This document shows positions 63,120 to 64,000 of a DNA stretch of 64,000 nt, piece by piece (positions within the stretch are counted from its first letter, which is position 1; the number at the start of each line of letters is the position of its first letter). Source of the stretch: Macrostomum lignano (Eukaryota). The position numbers and the translations under genes are program-made. The stretch covers positions 920 to 64,919 of the forward strand of contig NIVC01002016.1 of assembly GCA_002269645.1 (NCBI GenBank). Reading direction: 5' to 3'. The notes beneath the pieces are model-generated. The model had not been told where the DNA came from, did no database searches, and saw only the letters and a program-made list of their open reading frames with translations.

Positions 63120-63875
63120 AGATAGATATCGGATAGATTTCTGCTAGATCACCTCAGTCAGGTACGGATAGATGTCGGATAGATTTCTGCTAGATCACCT
63201 CAGTCAGGTACGGATAGATGTCGGATAGACTTCTGCTAGATCACCCCAGTCAGGTACGGATATATGTCGGATAGACTTCTGCTAGATCACCTCAATCAGG
63301 TAAGGATAAATATCGGATAGACTTCGACTATATCACATCGGATAGATATCGGATAGATATCGGATAGATATCGGATAGACACTGGATAGATATCGGATAG
63401 ACACTGGATAGATATCGGATAGATATTGAATAGATATCGGATAGACATCGGATAGACATCGGATAGACATCGGATAGACATCGGATAGACATCGGATAGA
63501 CATCGGATAGACACTGGATAGATATCGGATAGATATCGGATAGATATCGGATAGATATCGGATAGATATCGGATAGATATCGGATAGATATCGGATAGAT
63601 ATCGGATAGATATCGATAGATATCGGATAGATATCGGATAGATATCGGATAGATATCGGATAGATATCGGATAGATATCGGATAGATATCGGATAGATAT
63701 CGGATAGATATCGGATAGATATCGGATAGATATCGATAGATATCGGATAGATATCGATAGATATCGGATAGATATCGATAGATATCGGATAGATATCGAA
63801 GGATAGATACGGATAGATATCGGAATAGACACTGGATAGACTCGGATAGACATCGGATAGACACATCGGATAGAT
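63120..63875. repeat. 46-bp repeat x4 followed by an 11-bp array
   Basis: GATAGATATCGGATAGATTTCTGCTAGATCACCTCAGTCAGGTACG, then (ATCGGATAGAT)n. Confidence 0.95.
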
Positions 63876-64000
63876 ATCGGAAATCACAGAAACGAGCGCT
63901 GCCAGGTTCAGGTACCCAAGTCGTGCACTAACGAAGAGGACAAAGGATGAATGCAACCCCCCGCAGGTTGCCATGAATAATTATTTTTTGAGTTTGTTGC

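Overview
Eukaryotic (animal) genomic DNA. GC-rich coding exons are separated by GT-AG introns that are either very short (about 36-130 bp) or inflated by kilobase minisatellite arrays; roughly half of the window is tandem repeat. This architecture resembles a free-living flatworm such as Macrostomum, but that is inference and cannot be confirmed here. Most long ORFs in the supplied track are repeat artefacts. Well-supported content: (1) the probable end of a Polinton/Maverick (adintovirus-like) element at 1-1182, with a minor-capsid (penton)-like gene; (2) an MS4A/CD20-like four-TM gene on the minus strand; (3) a complete cGMP-dependent protein kinase gene with two alternative leucine-zipper first exons (I-alpha-like and I-beta-like), a 1-bp frameshift in the ATP loop and a stop-free 3n satellite intron; (4) a tachykinin-receptor-like GPCR with a GC-AG intron and a decayed mariner in intron 1; (5) a tRNA-derived CORE-type SINE; (6) several unidentified spliced genes assembled by hand. 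The most unusual pattern is a family of minisatellites sharing the core GGATTGCTAATCTA, which contains branch-point-like CTAAY. In all four arrays the core lies in the sense orientation of the nearest inferred gene, and one array appears to supply the branch point of a real exon.
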